A DNA stretch of 64,000 nucleotides, from the IMG/VR virus record IMGVR_UViG_3300046616_000384. One strand, written 5' to 3'. The notes beneath the pieces were generated by a model. The model ran no database searches. It was given only the letters and a program-made list of their open reading frames with translations, and had not been told where the DNA came from. Below are positions 18,162 to 28,493 of this stretch, piece after piece. Origin of the DNA: an uncultured virus (IMG/VR IMGVR_UViG_3300046616_000384). Its lineage: Duplodnaviria > Heunggongvirae > Uroviricota > Caudoviricetes. The translations under genes and the position numbers were made by a program. How positions within the stretch are numbered: position 1 is the first letter of the stretch; every line of letters starts with the position of its first letter.

Positions 18162-21100
18162 TCTGAAGCTCGTCGGTGCCGTGGCGATTAAGGTCCGGCC
18201 GGACGCGACCGGCTTCCGCCGGGAAGCCGATGCCGAGATCGAACGGGAACTGGCAGGCCTCAAGCCCACCGTCAAGGTCAAGGTCAAGGTCACGGCCGAC
18301 ACCACCGAGGCGAAGGCGGAAGCCAGGGAAGCCAAGGAGGAGATCGAGAAGCAGGGCCTCAAGCTCCGGGTGGGCGTCGACTACGAGTCCATCCAGCGCG
18401 CCCAGCGGCAGCTCGACGACGCGATCAAGCACCTGACCGACGAGATCATCGTGGTCCACCTCGATGACGACGGGTCCATCGAGGCCGCCCAGCGGCGCCT
18501 CGATGAGATGCGCGAAAACTCCAAGATCAATTTCGAGTTCATCCCGGACGAGAAGGGTTTCCGCGACGTCCTGGCCCGGCTCAAGGAGATCAAGCGCGAG
18601 AACATCATCAAGGAAGTCATCGAGATCGACTTCGATGACGCCTCCATCGACGCCAAGGCCGCGGAGATCCAGGCCCGCCTGGACGCCCTCCGGCCCCACG
18701 CCACGGTCCAGCTGAGCTACAACAACAACCGCCCCAGCCTGGAACGGGCCATCGCGCAGATCGACGCCGAGCTGGCCAAGATCGACGCCGTCAAAGTCGC
18801 TGTCGAGCTGGACAAGACCCAGCTCCTGGCCAAGCGCGCGGAGCTGGAGGCGGAGCTGGGCAAGCTTCCCGTCCGGATCGAGTACGACGCCAACCTGGCC
18901 GGCCTGCTGGCCCTCAAGGCCAAGCTTGAGGCGCTCCTGCCCAAGCTCACCATCGAGACCAAGCTCGACGAGGCCTCGGTGCGTGAGGCCCTGGCCGAGG
19001 TCGAGGCCAAGATCAAGGCAGCCGAGCTGAACAAGCTCCAGATCAAGCCGGCCATCGACAAGTCGGCCTACCTCAAAGCCCTCGTCGGGCTCAAGGTCCT
19101 GGGCAAAGACGTGACGGTCGGGATCTTCGTCAAGCTGAACAACGCCAGCATCCTGCTCGCCGCGGCCAAGCTCACCGGCCTGCGGGCCGCCACCCGCTGG
19201 ACCGAGCAGTTCGCCCGGACCCTGGGCACCCTCGACCGGAACCTGCCCATCGTGGCAGCCGCCGTGGTCGGGCTCTCCACCCTGGCCTCCGGCGTCCTGA
19301 CGCTGACCGCCGACATGTTCGCTCTCGGCAACGGGATCGGCGAGGTCGTCCGCATGGGCGGCCTCCTCGCCCCGGCCATGCTCCTCGGGCTCGGGGCCAC
19401 AATGCTGGTCCTGAAGGCCGTATTCAAGGACTTCGGTGCCGCCATCCACGGCATCGACGCCGCCTTCAAGCGCCTTCCACCCTCCGGACAGGAGGCCGCC
19501 AGGACCTTCCGCGTGGTCTTCGCCGCCGCGCGCGAGTCCATGTCCAAGGAGTTCTGGGACCGGGCCAGCGACGGGATGCTGCGCTTTTCCAAGATCGCCC
19601 TGCCGGCCCTGAGTGCCGGCATGGTCCAGATCTCCGGCTCGCTCGGCGGGGTCTTCTCCAACCTCCTCGACTCCTTCAACCGGTTCACCCGGAACAGCGG
19701 CGTCAAGGTCTTTTTCGAGAACATGTCCCGCGGGCTCGAACTGGCGCAGACCGGGCTGGCGGACTTCATGGACGCCTTCCTCTCGCTCGCCGCACTCGGC
19801 TCGACCGCCTTCCCCCGCATGGGCCGGGCCTTCAATGATTTCGCCGCCAAGTTCGATTCCTGGGTCCAGCGGCTCGCCGCCGACGGCACCCTGTCCCGGT
19901 GGATCGACATCGGCATCCAGGGCATGAAGGACATTTTCGATTCCGCCGTGTCCCTGGTTAAGGTCTGGGGCAATATCGGCCAGGCGGCCCAGGCCGCCGG
20001 TGCGCTGACCCTGCACTCGTTCTCCCAGATGCTTGAACGGCTCGACGTAGTGACCGCCGGCAACCGCTTCCAGCAGAACATGAAGAACATTTTCCAGGGC
20101 GCCCGGGAGGCCTCGGATACCTTCCACAAGGCCCTCGGTGATCTCGGCCCGGCAATGGATGTCTTCTCGGTGACCGTGAAGGACACCCTCGTCAATGCCG
20201 GCGCCGCGCTCGGCTCCTTCATCCGGCTCATCGGCGACATCTTCTCCAGCCCCGCGCTCAATACCGGCCTGACGGCCTTCCTGACCGGGGTCCGGACGAT
20301 GTTCGACCAACTGCGCCCCGCAGCCGGCGAGCTTGTGACCATCCTGCAGACCTTCGGTCAGATCCTGGGCCAGGTGGCCACCGATTCGGGGCCGCTGTTC
20401 CGGAATCTGTTCCAGCAGCTGGCAACCGTCCTGACGGCGGCCTGGACCTCCCTGGAGCAGTTCCTGCCCAGCCTCATCCAGTTCGGCACCAGCGTCGTCA
20501 GCATCCTGGGCCCCGCCCTCGCGGACGTGGCCCAATCGGTCATTCCGGCCTTCGCCCGCGCCCTTGTGGACCTCGGCCCCGGGCTGATCGGGCTGGTCAG
20601 GTTCCTGTCGGATGCCGCCGTCAACATCGCCAATTTTGCGTCCGCCATCCCGTTCCCCGTCCTCGCGGGTCTTGTGACCTGGGTGCTCTCGATCAGTGCT
20701 GCGCTCACCGCCGCCAGGACCGTTCTCCCGCTCGCCACCCTGGCAATGGAGGCCTTCGGCGTTGCCTCCGCGGCCACGGCCGCCCGGATGCAGCTCCTGA
20801 TCCCAGGCATCGGCCTTGTTCTCGCCGCCGCGACCGCGACGGCCGCCATCGGGATAACCTCGCTGGCAACGGCCCAGTCGTCGGCCGCCCCCTTTGCCAA
20901 CGAGTACGCGGACGCTCTCCTGCGGGACTCGAAGGCGGCGGGGGCTGTGGTCGGAGCCATCGGCGATGTCACAAAGGCCACCATCCTGAAGAAGGCCGCC
21001 GACGCCGGCGCCTTCGAGGCAGCGAAAAGGCTCGGCCTCAGCACCGAGGACGTCACGGACGCCCTGCTCGGGAATGAGGAAGCCGCCGGCAGGGCCCGGT

Positions 21101-22845
21101 CCGCCATCAAGACCGCCAGGAAAGACTACGACGACGCCGTTGCTGCGCAGCGCAAGGCCGGCGGGTCGGGGTTCCTGCTCTTTGGCGGCCTTGGCAAGGG
21201 TGCCTTCGACGTGTCGAAGGTCCTGAAGGACGGGGCGCGGGACGCCGACGTTCTGGATAAGGTCATCAGCCAGAGCAGCGGCAGCCTGGATGAGGCCGTC
21301 TCCCACATCCAGGAGCTGGACCGGGCGCAAAAGCATGCGGGCATCTCCGGCGACGGGCTGGCCAAAGCCTACAGGTCCCTCTCCGAACGGGTGAATGATT
21401 CGACCGTGGCAATCGGCGCGGCCACGGCCGCGTCCAGCGTGCTCAACGACTCCTTCTCCTCGACGCCGGCCAAGATCGACGCGATGCGCAAGACCTTCGA
21501 CATCCTGCTCGGCACCAACGCCAAGCAGAAAACGGCCGAGGCCCTGGGTGCCTACGTTACTGGCTTCAACAACCTCAAGGCCTCGGTCGCCCCGCTCAAG
21601 AAAGAGATGGAGAATCTCGGCAAGTCGGCCTACGGCGAGAACGGATTCCTGAACGTCGCCAGCGGCAACAAGGCTGTCGCGCAGGTCAACCAGGCACTGG
21701 TGGACCAGGTCAACAACACCTGGGCCGGCGCCAAGCAGGCGTACGACAACGCGATCCAGCACGGCGGCAACGCCAAGAAGGCCTTCGCGGACGCCAAGAA
21801 GTTCGTCGACGACCACAAGGGTGACTACGACGATCTGGCCGAGCGATCCGGCGTGGCATCCAAAGAGGTCCAGGGCCAGTGGAAAGCTCTCTTTGACCAC
21901 GAATGGATCCTCAAGGTCAGCCTTGAGGGTGCCACCGAGGCGGCAGCCAAGGCCAAGGCCATGATCGAGATCATCGGCGGGCAGTGGGACGGCAGGAAGT
22001 TCCAGGCCCTGATCGACGCCGACCCGACCTTTGCCCTGCTGGCCATCAAGGACCCCACCGCGGCAGCCGAGTACTTCGTCAATAAGGAATGGAAGGCCAG
22101 GCTCGGCGCTCTGCCGAAACCGGCCCAGGACCAGATCAAGGCCCTGCTCAAGCTGACAGATGAGGAGTGGACCAAGGGCGACTTCGAGGCCGTCCTCCGG
22201 GCCGCCGAGAAGGTGCCCGGACTGACCGAGGCCATCGCGGCCATCATAGCCGGGGCCAATGCCGACTACGAGGCCATCATCTACGCGGCGGTCAACCATG
22301 TCTCCGTCGCAGTGGCCCGGCAGCAGCTGGATGCCCTGGCAGCGAGGCGCACGAGCGTCATCGACGTCGTTGTCAACCAGCTGAACACCCCGAACTTCGT
22401 CCCCCGGGGCGGCCAGCGCATCCCCACCAGCGCCAACGGTTCCATCATGGACCGCTTCGGCAACGGCCTGCACGGCTTCAACCCGAAGTATTTCGCCAAC
22501 GGCGGGATCGAACGGCACATCGCGCAGATCACCAAGCCCGGCGGCCCGATTCGTGTGTGGGCGGAGCCCGAGACTCAGGGCGAGGCCTACGTGCCTTACA
22601 GCATGTCCAAGCGCCCCCGCTCGGTGGCGATCCTCCGGCAGGTGGCCAAGGACTTCGGCTACGTGCTGAACAAGGCCGACGGGTACGCCAACGGCGGCCT
22701 GGCCGGCAACACCTCCACCACCCCGACCCGGACGTCCCAGACCTCCGTGACCGTCGGCACCATCAACACCGTCGACCCGGAAATGGCCGTCCGCAAGCTG
22801 CAGGCTCTGCAGCGTGACGCCCTGGCTCTGGCCGGCATTCGCTAA
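18154..22845 (+). CDS. tape measure protein
   Basis: 1563 aa, helical and Ala-rich; VGAVAIKVRPD N-terminus; C-terminal FANGG..AEPET.GEAYVP. Confidence 0.95.
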   Translation: MANLKLVGAVAIKVRPDATGFRREADAEIERELAGLKPTVKVKVKVTADTTEAKAEAREAKEEIEKQGLKLRVGVDYESIQRAQRQLDDAIKHLTDEIIVVHLDDDGSIEAAQRRLDEMRENSKINFEFIPDEKGFRDVLARLKEIKRENIIKEVIEIDFDDASIDAKAAEIQARLDALRPHATVQLSYNNNRPSLERAIAQIDAELAKIDAVKVAVELDKTQLLAKRAELEAELGKLPVRIEYDANLAGLLALKAKLEALLPKLTIETKLDEASVREALAEVEAKIKAAELNKLQIKPAIDKSAYLKALVGLKVLGKDVTVGIFVKLNNASILLAAAKLTGLRAATRWTEQFARTLGTLDRNLPIVAAAVVGLSTLASGVLTLTADMFALGNGIGEVVRMGGLLAPAMLLGLGATMLVLKAVFKDFGAAIHGIDAAFKRLPPSGQEAARTFRVVFAAARESMSKEFWDRASDGMLRFSKIALPALSAGMVQISGSLGGVFSNLLDSFNRFTRNSGVKVFFENMSRGLELAQTGLADFMDAFLSLAALGSTAFPRMGRAFNDFAAKFDSWVQRLAADGTLSRWIDIGIQGMKDIFDSAVSLVKVWGNIGQAAQAAGALTLHSFSQMLERLDVVTAGNRFQQNMKNIFQGAREASDTFHKALGDLGPAMDVFSVTVKDTLVNAGAALGSFIRLIGDIFSSPALNTGLTAFLTGVRTMFDQLRPAAGELVTILQTFGQILGQVATDSGPLFRNLFQQLATVLTAAWTSLEQFLPSLIQFGTSVVSILGPALADVAQSVIPAFARALVDLGPGLIGLVRFLSDAAVNIANFASAIPFPVLAGLVTWVLSISAALTAARTVLPLATLAMEAFGVASAATAARMQLLIPGIGLVLAAATATAAIGITSLATAQSSAAPFANEYADALLRDSKAAGAVVGAIGDVTKATILKKAADAGAFEAAKRLGLSTEDVTDALLGNEEAAGRARSAIKTARKDYDDAVAAQRKAGGSGFLLFGGLGKGAFDVSKVLKDGARDADVLDKVISQSSGSLDEAVSHIQELDRAQKHAGISGDGLAKAYRSLSERVNDSTVAIGAATAASSVLNDSFSSTPAKIDAMRKTFDILLGTNAKQKTAEALGAYVTGFNNLKASVAPLKKEMENLGKSAYGENGFLNVASGNKAVAQVNQALVDQVNNTWAGAKQAYDNAIQHGGNAKKAFADAKKFVDDHKGDYDDLAERSGVASKEVQGQWKALFDHEWILKVSLEGATEAAAKAKAMIEIIGGQWDGRKFQALIDADPTFALLAIKDPTAAAEYFVNKEWKARLGALPKPAQDQIKALLKLTDEEWTKGDFEAVLRAAEKVPGLTEAIAAIIAGANADYEAIIYAAVNHVSVAVARQQLDALAARRTSVIDVVVNQLNTPNFVPRGGQRIPTSANGSIMDRFGNGLHGFNPKYFANGGIERHIAQITKPGGPIRVWAEPETQGEAYVPYSMSKRPRSVAILRQVAKDFGYVLNKADGYANGGLAGNTSTTPTRTSQTSVTVGTINTVDPEMAVRKLQALQRDALALAGIR

Positions 22846-22857
22846 GGAGCACCGTCT

Positions 22858-23775
22858 ATGGGCGTCATTCTCGGGACGCAGTACACCATCCCGAACCCCC
22901 CGGCCATATGGACCGGACTGGAAATGAAGTGGATCGGCACGGACGGCACCGAGTGGAGCCTGTCCGATGCCTCCAGCGGCACCGTCATGATGCCGGGGGT
23001 GCGGGGGCTCTCCATGCCCCCGCTCGTCCACCACCGGGCCGCCCACGCATCCGTGCCGGGCGCCCGGTGGCGGGGCCTCCACGTGGACGTGCGGGAGGTC
23101 TTCTGGCCGCTGCAGGTCTACACCGGCACCGGCAGCCAGGACTGGGTCGAGAAGGACCGCGCGTTCTGGCGGTCCCTGGACCCCCAGGACACGGGGACCT
23201 GGGTGGTCGTCCTGCCGGACGGCCGGACCCGGTCCCTGCGGCTGCGCTACACCAGCGACTCGGACTTCACCTTCGACCATGACAGCGTCATGGACGGCTG
23301 GGCCGTCTACGGGATCACCCTGTCGGCGGAGCAGCCGTTCTGGGAGGGGGAGGCGATCACCAAGTCGTGGGCCGGGTCATCGGTGTCAGAGACCGGCTTC
23401 TTCCCCGCCGGCGGCGGCCCGGGATTCAACATCTCCCCGTCCCGCACGCTCAACACGGCCAGCCTGACCAACCCCGGCGACGTGGACGCATACCTCGTCT
23501 GGCAGATCCACGGCCCGGTGAACGAGGCCACGGTCGGTGTCAACGGCAAGACCATCTCGATCCCGTTCAGCGTCCCGTCCGGGCAGGTCCTGCAGATCGA
23601 CACCAACCCGAACGCCCAGACCGCCATGCAGGGCTCGACCGACAAGACCGGCCAGCTGACCAACATCACCTTCGCCCCGCTGCCGGCCGCGAAGCGGTCG
23701 AACCTGACCCTGTCCGTCGACGGTGCCGGGTCCATCTCGGCGTCCTTCGTCCCGCGCTACTACAGGGCGTGGTGA
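22858..23775 (+). CDS. distal tail (Dit-like) protein
   Basis: Follows TMP; LSAEQPFW..NPGDVDAY. Confidence 0.8.
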   Translation: MGVILGTQYTIPNPPAIWTGLEMKWIGTDGTEWSLSDASSGTVMMPGVRGLSMPPLVHHRAAHASVPGARWRGLHVDVREVFWPLQVYTGTGSQDWVEKDRAFWRSLDPQDTGTWVVVLPDGRTRSLRLRYTSDSDFTFDHDSVMDGWAVYGITLSAEQPFWEGEAITKSWAGSSVSETGFFPAGGGPGFNISPSRTLNTASLTNPGDVDAYLVWQIHGPVNEATVGVNGKTISIPFSVPSGQVLQIDTNPNAQTAMQGSTDKTGQLTNITFAPLPAAKRSNLTLSVDGAGSISASFVPRYYRAW

Positions 23776-23776
23776 G

Positions 23777-24904
23777 ATGGCCGAGACCCCCTTCACCTTC
23801 AAGGTCTACGACCGCAACTTCGCCTTCAAGGCCTTCATCGGCAACCCGGTCTCCCTGGCGGTCACCCCGCGCTTCAACCAGGTGGGCACCGGGGTGCTGG
23901 TGGTCGAGACCGACCACCCCTCGGTCCCCTACCTGATGGCCGACGGCGCCCGCTTCGTCATCGAGCTGCGCGGTGCCTTCCTGATGAGCGGCAAGATCAC
24001 CCGCCGCGAGGCGGCCGGCCCGGCCGTGGACGGCACCCTGACGGTCTACCTGAAGGACGACTTCAGGCTGCTGCAGCAGGTCCTGGGCTACCCCGTGCCG
24101 GACAGCCCGCTCTCCACCCAGGGCGGGTCCGAGTTCGCCAAGTACACCGGCAACGCCGAGACCATCGTCAAGACCGCCATCCAGAACAACATGGTTGACC
24201 GGCTGGGCATGCCGGTCACGGTCTCCGCCAACCAGAACCGCGGCGCCGTGATCCCGGACGGGGTGAGCCTGCGCTTCCACCCGCTGTACGAGAAGCTGTT
24301 CCCCGCCGTCGAGACCGCCGGCCTGGGGGTCAGCTTCCAGCAGTCCGGGGCGGGAATCACCTGTGATGTCTTCACCCCGCAGCCCTTCGGCCAGGTCCTC
24401 ACCGAGGACTCCGGCGTGCTGCAGGCCTGGTCCTGGTCCAGCGAGGACCCCCTGGCGACCCACGTGGTCGCCGGCGGCAAGGGTGACGGCACCGCCCGCA
24501 CGTTCCGGGACGCGCGCAACAGCTCCCTGGAGACGGCGCACCACGACGTCATCGAGCTGTTCACCGACGCCACGGACGCCGATACCACCACCATCCTGAC
24601 CAGCCGGGCCCAGGCGGCACTGGAGGAGAACTCCTCCAAGTCCGGCTTCTCCGTCCAGCTCTCGGAGACCGAGCACTTCCAGTACGGCGTGGACGGGCTC
24701 GTCGTCGGTGCCCTGGTCACGATCGGCATCGGCTTCGTCACCCGCACCGACTACCTGCGCGAGGTGACCCTGAACTACACGCGCGACGAGGGCCTGGTCA
24801 CCATCCCCGTGGTCGGCGAGATCAACGACTCCCCGGACCGCACGATCGCACAATTCCTGGCCCGCCTTAAGAAGGGCCTCAACGATTTGAAAGTGAGCAA
24901 GTGA
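23777..24904 (+). CDS. minor tail / baseplate hub protein
   Basis: Synteny; ATHVVAGGKGDGTARTF. Confidence 0.75.
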   Translation: MAETPFTFKVYDRNFAFKAFIGNPVSLAVTPRFNQVGTGVLVVETDHPSVPYLMADGARFVIELRGAFLMSGKITRREAAGPAVDGTLTVYLKDDFRLLQQVLGYPVPDSPLSTQGGSEFAKYTGNAETIVKTAIQNNMVDRLGMPVTVSANQNRGAVIPDGVSLRFHPLYEKLFPAVETAGLGVSFQQSGAGITCDVFTPQPFGQVLTEDSGVLQAWSWSSEDPLATHVVAGGKGDGTARTFRDARNSSLETAHHDVIELFTDATDADTTTILTSRAQAALEENSSKSGFSVQLSETEHFQYGVDGLVVGALVTIGIGFVTRTDYLREVTLNYTRDEGLVTIPVVGEINDSPDRTIAQFLARLKKGLNDLKVSK

Positions 24905-25860
24905 TGGCAATCACTAGCGTCGGCTACGACGGTACCGTCAGCGAGTCTGACTGGGCCCAGATGATCCCGCTCGTCGGCAACGCCGAGTACGGCGTCATGG
25001 AGACCACCGACTGGAAGGTCACCGTCCACACCACCCTGGACCGCGGCGTGAAGGTCGGCGTCGGCACCGGCTGGGGCATGGGGGTGATGGACACCAGCAC
25101 CACCGTGGTCTCGCTGCAGGGGGCCGCGGTCAGCTCCGGGTCCCGCTGGGACCTGGTGGTGGCCCGGCGTGACTGGTCCGGCACCGCCCAGGGCGGCGGG
25201 GAGACCACGTTCGTGCTGATTACCGGCACCCCCACCAAGGCCATCCCGAACCGCAACACGGACCCGGGCAACATTGATGACCAGCCCATCGCGCTGGTCC
25301 AGTTCACCGCCGGATCCAACACCGCGACCACGATCGTGGACCTGCGCTGCTACGCCCGCAACGGCGGCATGGCGGCCCGGGACCTGCTGGCCCTGGACTA
25401 CCTGCGCCACGCCGGCGCGTCCATCACGATCGGCGACACGCTGTGGTCCCGGGACCTGGACCTGAACGGCAACCCGGTCTGGAACGCCGCGCTCGTGTAC
25501 GGCAAGATCCCGCTGTTCGACACCGGCGGCGCACCGGCGGGCATGCCCACCGTCCCGTCCGGGACCACACAGTTCCTGATGCAGGCCGGCTCGACCGTCC
25601 TGAAGACGGACGCGAACGGCTTCGGCGTGATCTCCTACCCGACCCCGTTCCCCAACGGCCTGGTCACCATCACGCTCGCCAACGGCGACGACACGATCTT
25701 TGGCGACATGAGCTGCGGCGTAGCCGGCGCCAACTGGGGCACGTCGCCGGCCAACAAGGCCTATACCGCCTTCAACCTCCGGGGCAACCTGAACGGCGGC
25801 CGGTCCGACAACTTCCCCAATAAGACCGTCCGGATCAACTGGATTGCCATCGGCTGGTAA
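24904..25860 (+). CDS. minor tail protein
   Basis: MAITSVGYDGTV..RWDLVVARRDW..IVDLR. Confidence 0.75.
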   Translation: MAITSVGYDGTVSESDWAQMIPLVGNAEYGVMETTDWKVTVHTTLDRGVKVGVGTGWGMGVMDTSTTVVSLQGAAVSSGSRWDLVVARRDWSGTAQGGGETTFVLITGTPTKAIPNRNTDPGNIDDQPIALVQFTAGSNTATTIVDLRCYARNGGMAARDLLALDYLRHAGASITIGDTLWSRDLDLNGNPVWNAALVYGKIPLFDTGGAPAGMPTVPSGTTQFLMQAGSTVLKTDANGFGVISYPTPFPNGLVTITLANGDDTIFGDMSCGVAGANWGTSPANKAYTAFNLRGNLNGGRSDNFPNKTVRINWIAIGW

Positions 25861-25887
25861 CGGCCCCAACAAAAAGAACGGAACAGC

Positions 25888-26421
25888 ATGGCTCTCTATG
25901 CCTTTGAAACTCAGCTGGTTATCAGCGCCGACGCCTCGGGCGTCGTGGTCCAGGATGCGTTCATCACGATGTACAACATCGCTGACCTCGACCTGACCAC
26001 CCCGCTGGCCCTGGTCGACACTCACGGCCTGCCGCTGCCCAACCCCCTGACCGCCTCGGCGCAGGGCTTCATCCCGGCCTTCCAGGCCACCGTCCCGCAG
26101 GTGCTGTGGTTCGGCGGCGGCTACGTCGGCTACCTGAACTCCTTCCAGGGGGTGCTGACCGAGGCGCAGAGCGCCCGCGCCGCGGCTGCCGCCTCCCAGG
26201 CCGCTGCAGAGGTCGCCGCCTCCGGCGGCCTCGGTTCGGTCAGCTACGCCAACATTCCGGCCGGGACCACCATCACGGTGATCTACGGCCCGTCCACCTA
26301 CCCGATCCGGCCGACCACCCGCACCGACGTCCAGGTCCGCTGGCGCGGCCCCGTCCCGCCGTCCATCGGCGGCACCGGTGCCATCTCCGGCGTTGACGCT
26401 TGGGAGAACACCACACCGTGA
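25888..26421 (+). CDS. minor tail / fibre adaptor protein
   Basis: LPNPLTASAQGFIPAF..RPTTRTDVQVRWRGP. Confidence 0.65.
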   Translation: MALYAFETQLVISADASGVVVQDAFITMYNIADLDLTTPLALVDTHGLPLPNPLTASAQGFIPAFQATVPQVLWFGGGYVGYLNSFQGVLTEAQSARAAAAASQAAAEVAASGGLGSVSYANIPAGTTITVIYGPSTYPIRPTTRTDVQVRWRGPVPPSIGGTGAISGVDAWENTTP

Positions 26422-28481
26422 CCACCTCAGAAATGGAACTGAGGCAGCTCGTCGGCGGCCTCTGGATCCGCCGCGACACCCCTGCCTATACGGCCCCGGT
26501 GGTCAGCTATGACGTCACCGAGGGCCAGAGCATCCAGGCCGCCATCGACAACACCCCCGCCGGCGGCACCGTCCGCATCGGCCCGGGGGAGTACCGCCTG
26601 ACCACGGCCCTGAACCTGAAGACCGGCCAGAAGCTGCTGGGCCCGGCCACCGGGCCGGCGGCCATCATCACCGGCGACGTCATTCTCAGCGGCTGGACCA
26701 AGGACGGCGCCAACAACCGCTGGTACACCACCTCCGGCCCCCTGCCGGCGGCCTACAACGAGACCAACGGCCAGTGCGAGGTCATCACCGGAGCGAACGC
26801 GAACTCGTGCCAGAAGCGCGACCAGGTCTGGCTGGACGACGCCCACCTGACCCGGGTGATGTCCGTGGACCAGGTCGCCCCGGACACCTTCTACCAGGAC
26901 TACGCCACCGGGCGGACCTACCTCGGGATCAACCCCGCCGGCCACCTGGTGGAGATGGCCAAGCTGCCCAAGGCCTTCAACACCCTCGGGATCAACAACG
27001 GCACGCTGATGAACCTGACGGTCAAGCGGTTTGCCAGCCCGGCCCAGTCCGCCGCCGTGGTGATCGAGGGCACCGACTGGGAGATCGCCTACTGCACGTT
27101 CACCGAGAACCACGCCATCGGCATGCACATGATCTCCTCGCACCGGTCCTGGGTGCACCACAACAACTTCGTCAAGAACGGCCAGCTCGGCATGGGCCAC
27201 TACAAGTCCCATGACACCGTGATCGAGTCCAACAAGTTCGACGAGAACAACACCGACGGGTTCTGGCGGGCCGACTGGGAATCCGGCGGACTCAAGATCA
27301 CCTGGTCCCAGCGGACCATCGTGCGCAACAACTCCGCCCACGCCAACAACGGCGTGGGGATCTGGTTCGACATCGACAACGTCAACCCGGATGTCTACGG
27401 GAACGTCTGCACCGACAACTACGCCGACGGGCTGCGGTTCGAGATCTCCTTCGGCGCGAAGATCCACGACAACATCATCAGCGGCAACGGCTACCGGTAC
27501 GCGACCGAGGGCGGGCGCGGCGCGGACACCTCGATGTTCGCCGTCGCCGGCATCAACGTCAACTCCTCCCCCGACGTCGAGGTCTACAACAACACGATCG
27601 GCGCGAACCAGAACGGCATCTCCCTGCAGATGCGCAACCGCGGGCTCAGCGCCTCCGGCCTGGGCCCCCGCGACCTGCACAACTGCTACGTCCACCACAA
27701 CACGATCGAGATGACCACCGGCACCGCGTTCGGCGAGGGCGTGTCGGGCCTGAACACGCTGAGCGTGGACCCGGACCTGTACTACCTGGGCGAGAAGAAC
27801 AACCGCTTCGACTACAACAACTACATCGTGCCCTCCATCACCGACCGCAAGTTCGCCTGGTTCCGCACGTACAACACGTTCGCCACCTTCCAGGCCGCAG
27901 GCCAGGAGCTGAACGGCACCATCAAGGTGGCCCCGCGGCCCGGCTATCGGATCGCCGCCGCCGGGCATGACGGGCACTGGACGATGGCCTCGACCAGCTC
28001 CTTCATCAACGCCGGCACCTCGGCCCTGGTGGGCGACTTCGACGAGACCAACTACGGCCGGGCGGCGTTCCTGCACTTCAAGGACGTCATCATCCCGCAG
28101 GGCGCCACCATCGACGCCGCCAAGGTGGAGGTCAAGGCCTTCGGCATCGACGGAACCATCCTGGACATGGTCGTCTACGCCGACGACACGGACAACTCCG
28201 CACTGCCGGTGACCCGCACCGAGATGAACGGCCGGCCCCGCACCACGGCCAGCGCGTCCTGGCCGCTGACCGCATGGATCAACAACGCCTGGACCGACAG
28301 CCCCCCGCTGACGGCCATCATCCAGGAGATCGTGAACCGTCCGGGCTGGGCGCCGGGGAACGACATGACCATCTTCATCCAGCCGGCAACGATCGGCTGG
28401 ACCACCCAGAAGCGCATCAGCTTCCGGACCTACGAGAACAGCCCCGATGACGGCGCAGGCCTCCTCATCGACTGGCACTAA
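26418..28481 (+). CDS. tailspike with right-handed parallel beta-helix (putative depolymerase)
   Basis: SIQAAID..GEYRL; repeated N.F..N..G strands; C-terminal AFLHF....IPQGATIDAA carbohydrate-binding-like domain. Confidence 0.8.
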   Translation: MTTSEMELRQLVGGLWIRRDTPAYTAPVVSYDVTEGQSIQAAIDNTPAGGTVRIGPGEYRLTTALNLKTGQKLLGPATGPAAIITGDVILSGWTKDGANNRWYTTSGPLPAAYNETNGQCEVITGANANSCQKRDQVWLDDAHLTRVMSVDQVAPDTFYQDYATGRTYLGINPAGHLVEMAKLPKAFNTLGINNGTLMNLTVKRFASPAQSAAVVIEGTDWEIAYCTFTENHAIGMHMISSHRSWVHHNNFVKNGQLGMGHYKSHDTVIESNKFDENNTDGFWRADWESGGLKITWSQRTIVRNNSAHANNGVGIWFDIDNVNPDVYGNVCTDNYADGLRFEISFGAKIHDNIISGNGYRYATEGGRGADTSMFAVAGINVNSSPDVEVYNNTIGANQNGISLQMRNRGLSASGLGPRDLHNCYVHHNTIEMTTGTAFGEGVSGLNTLSVDPDLYYLGEKNNRFDYNNYIVPSITDRKFAWFRTYNTFATFQAAGQELNGTIKVAPRPGYRIAAAGHDGHWTMASTSSFINAGTSALVGDFDETNYGRAAFLHFKDVIIPQGATIDAAKVEVKAFGIDGTILDMVVYADDTDNSALPVTRTEMNGRPRTTASASWPLTAWINNAWTDSPPLTAIIQEIVNRPGWAPGNDMTIFIQPATIGWTTQKRISFRTYENSPDDGAGLLIDWH

Positions 28482-28493
28482 AAGGAAGCAGCT

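Noticed and set aside
18133..23280. 1715-aa minus-strand ORF
   Set aside because: Antisense shadow of the tape measure gene, expected with high-GC codon bias; no protein motifs
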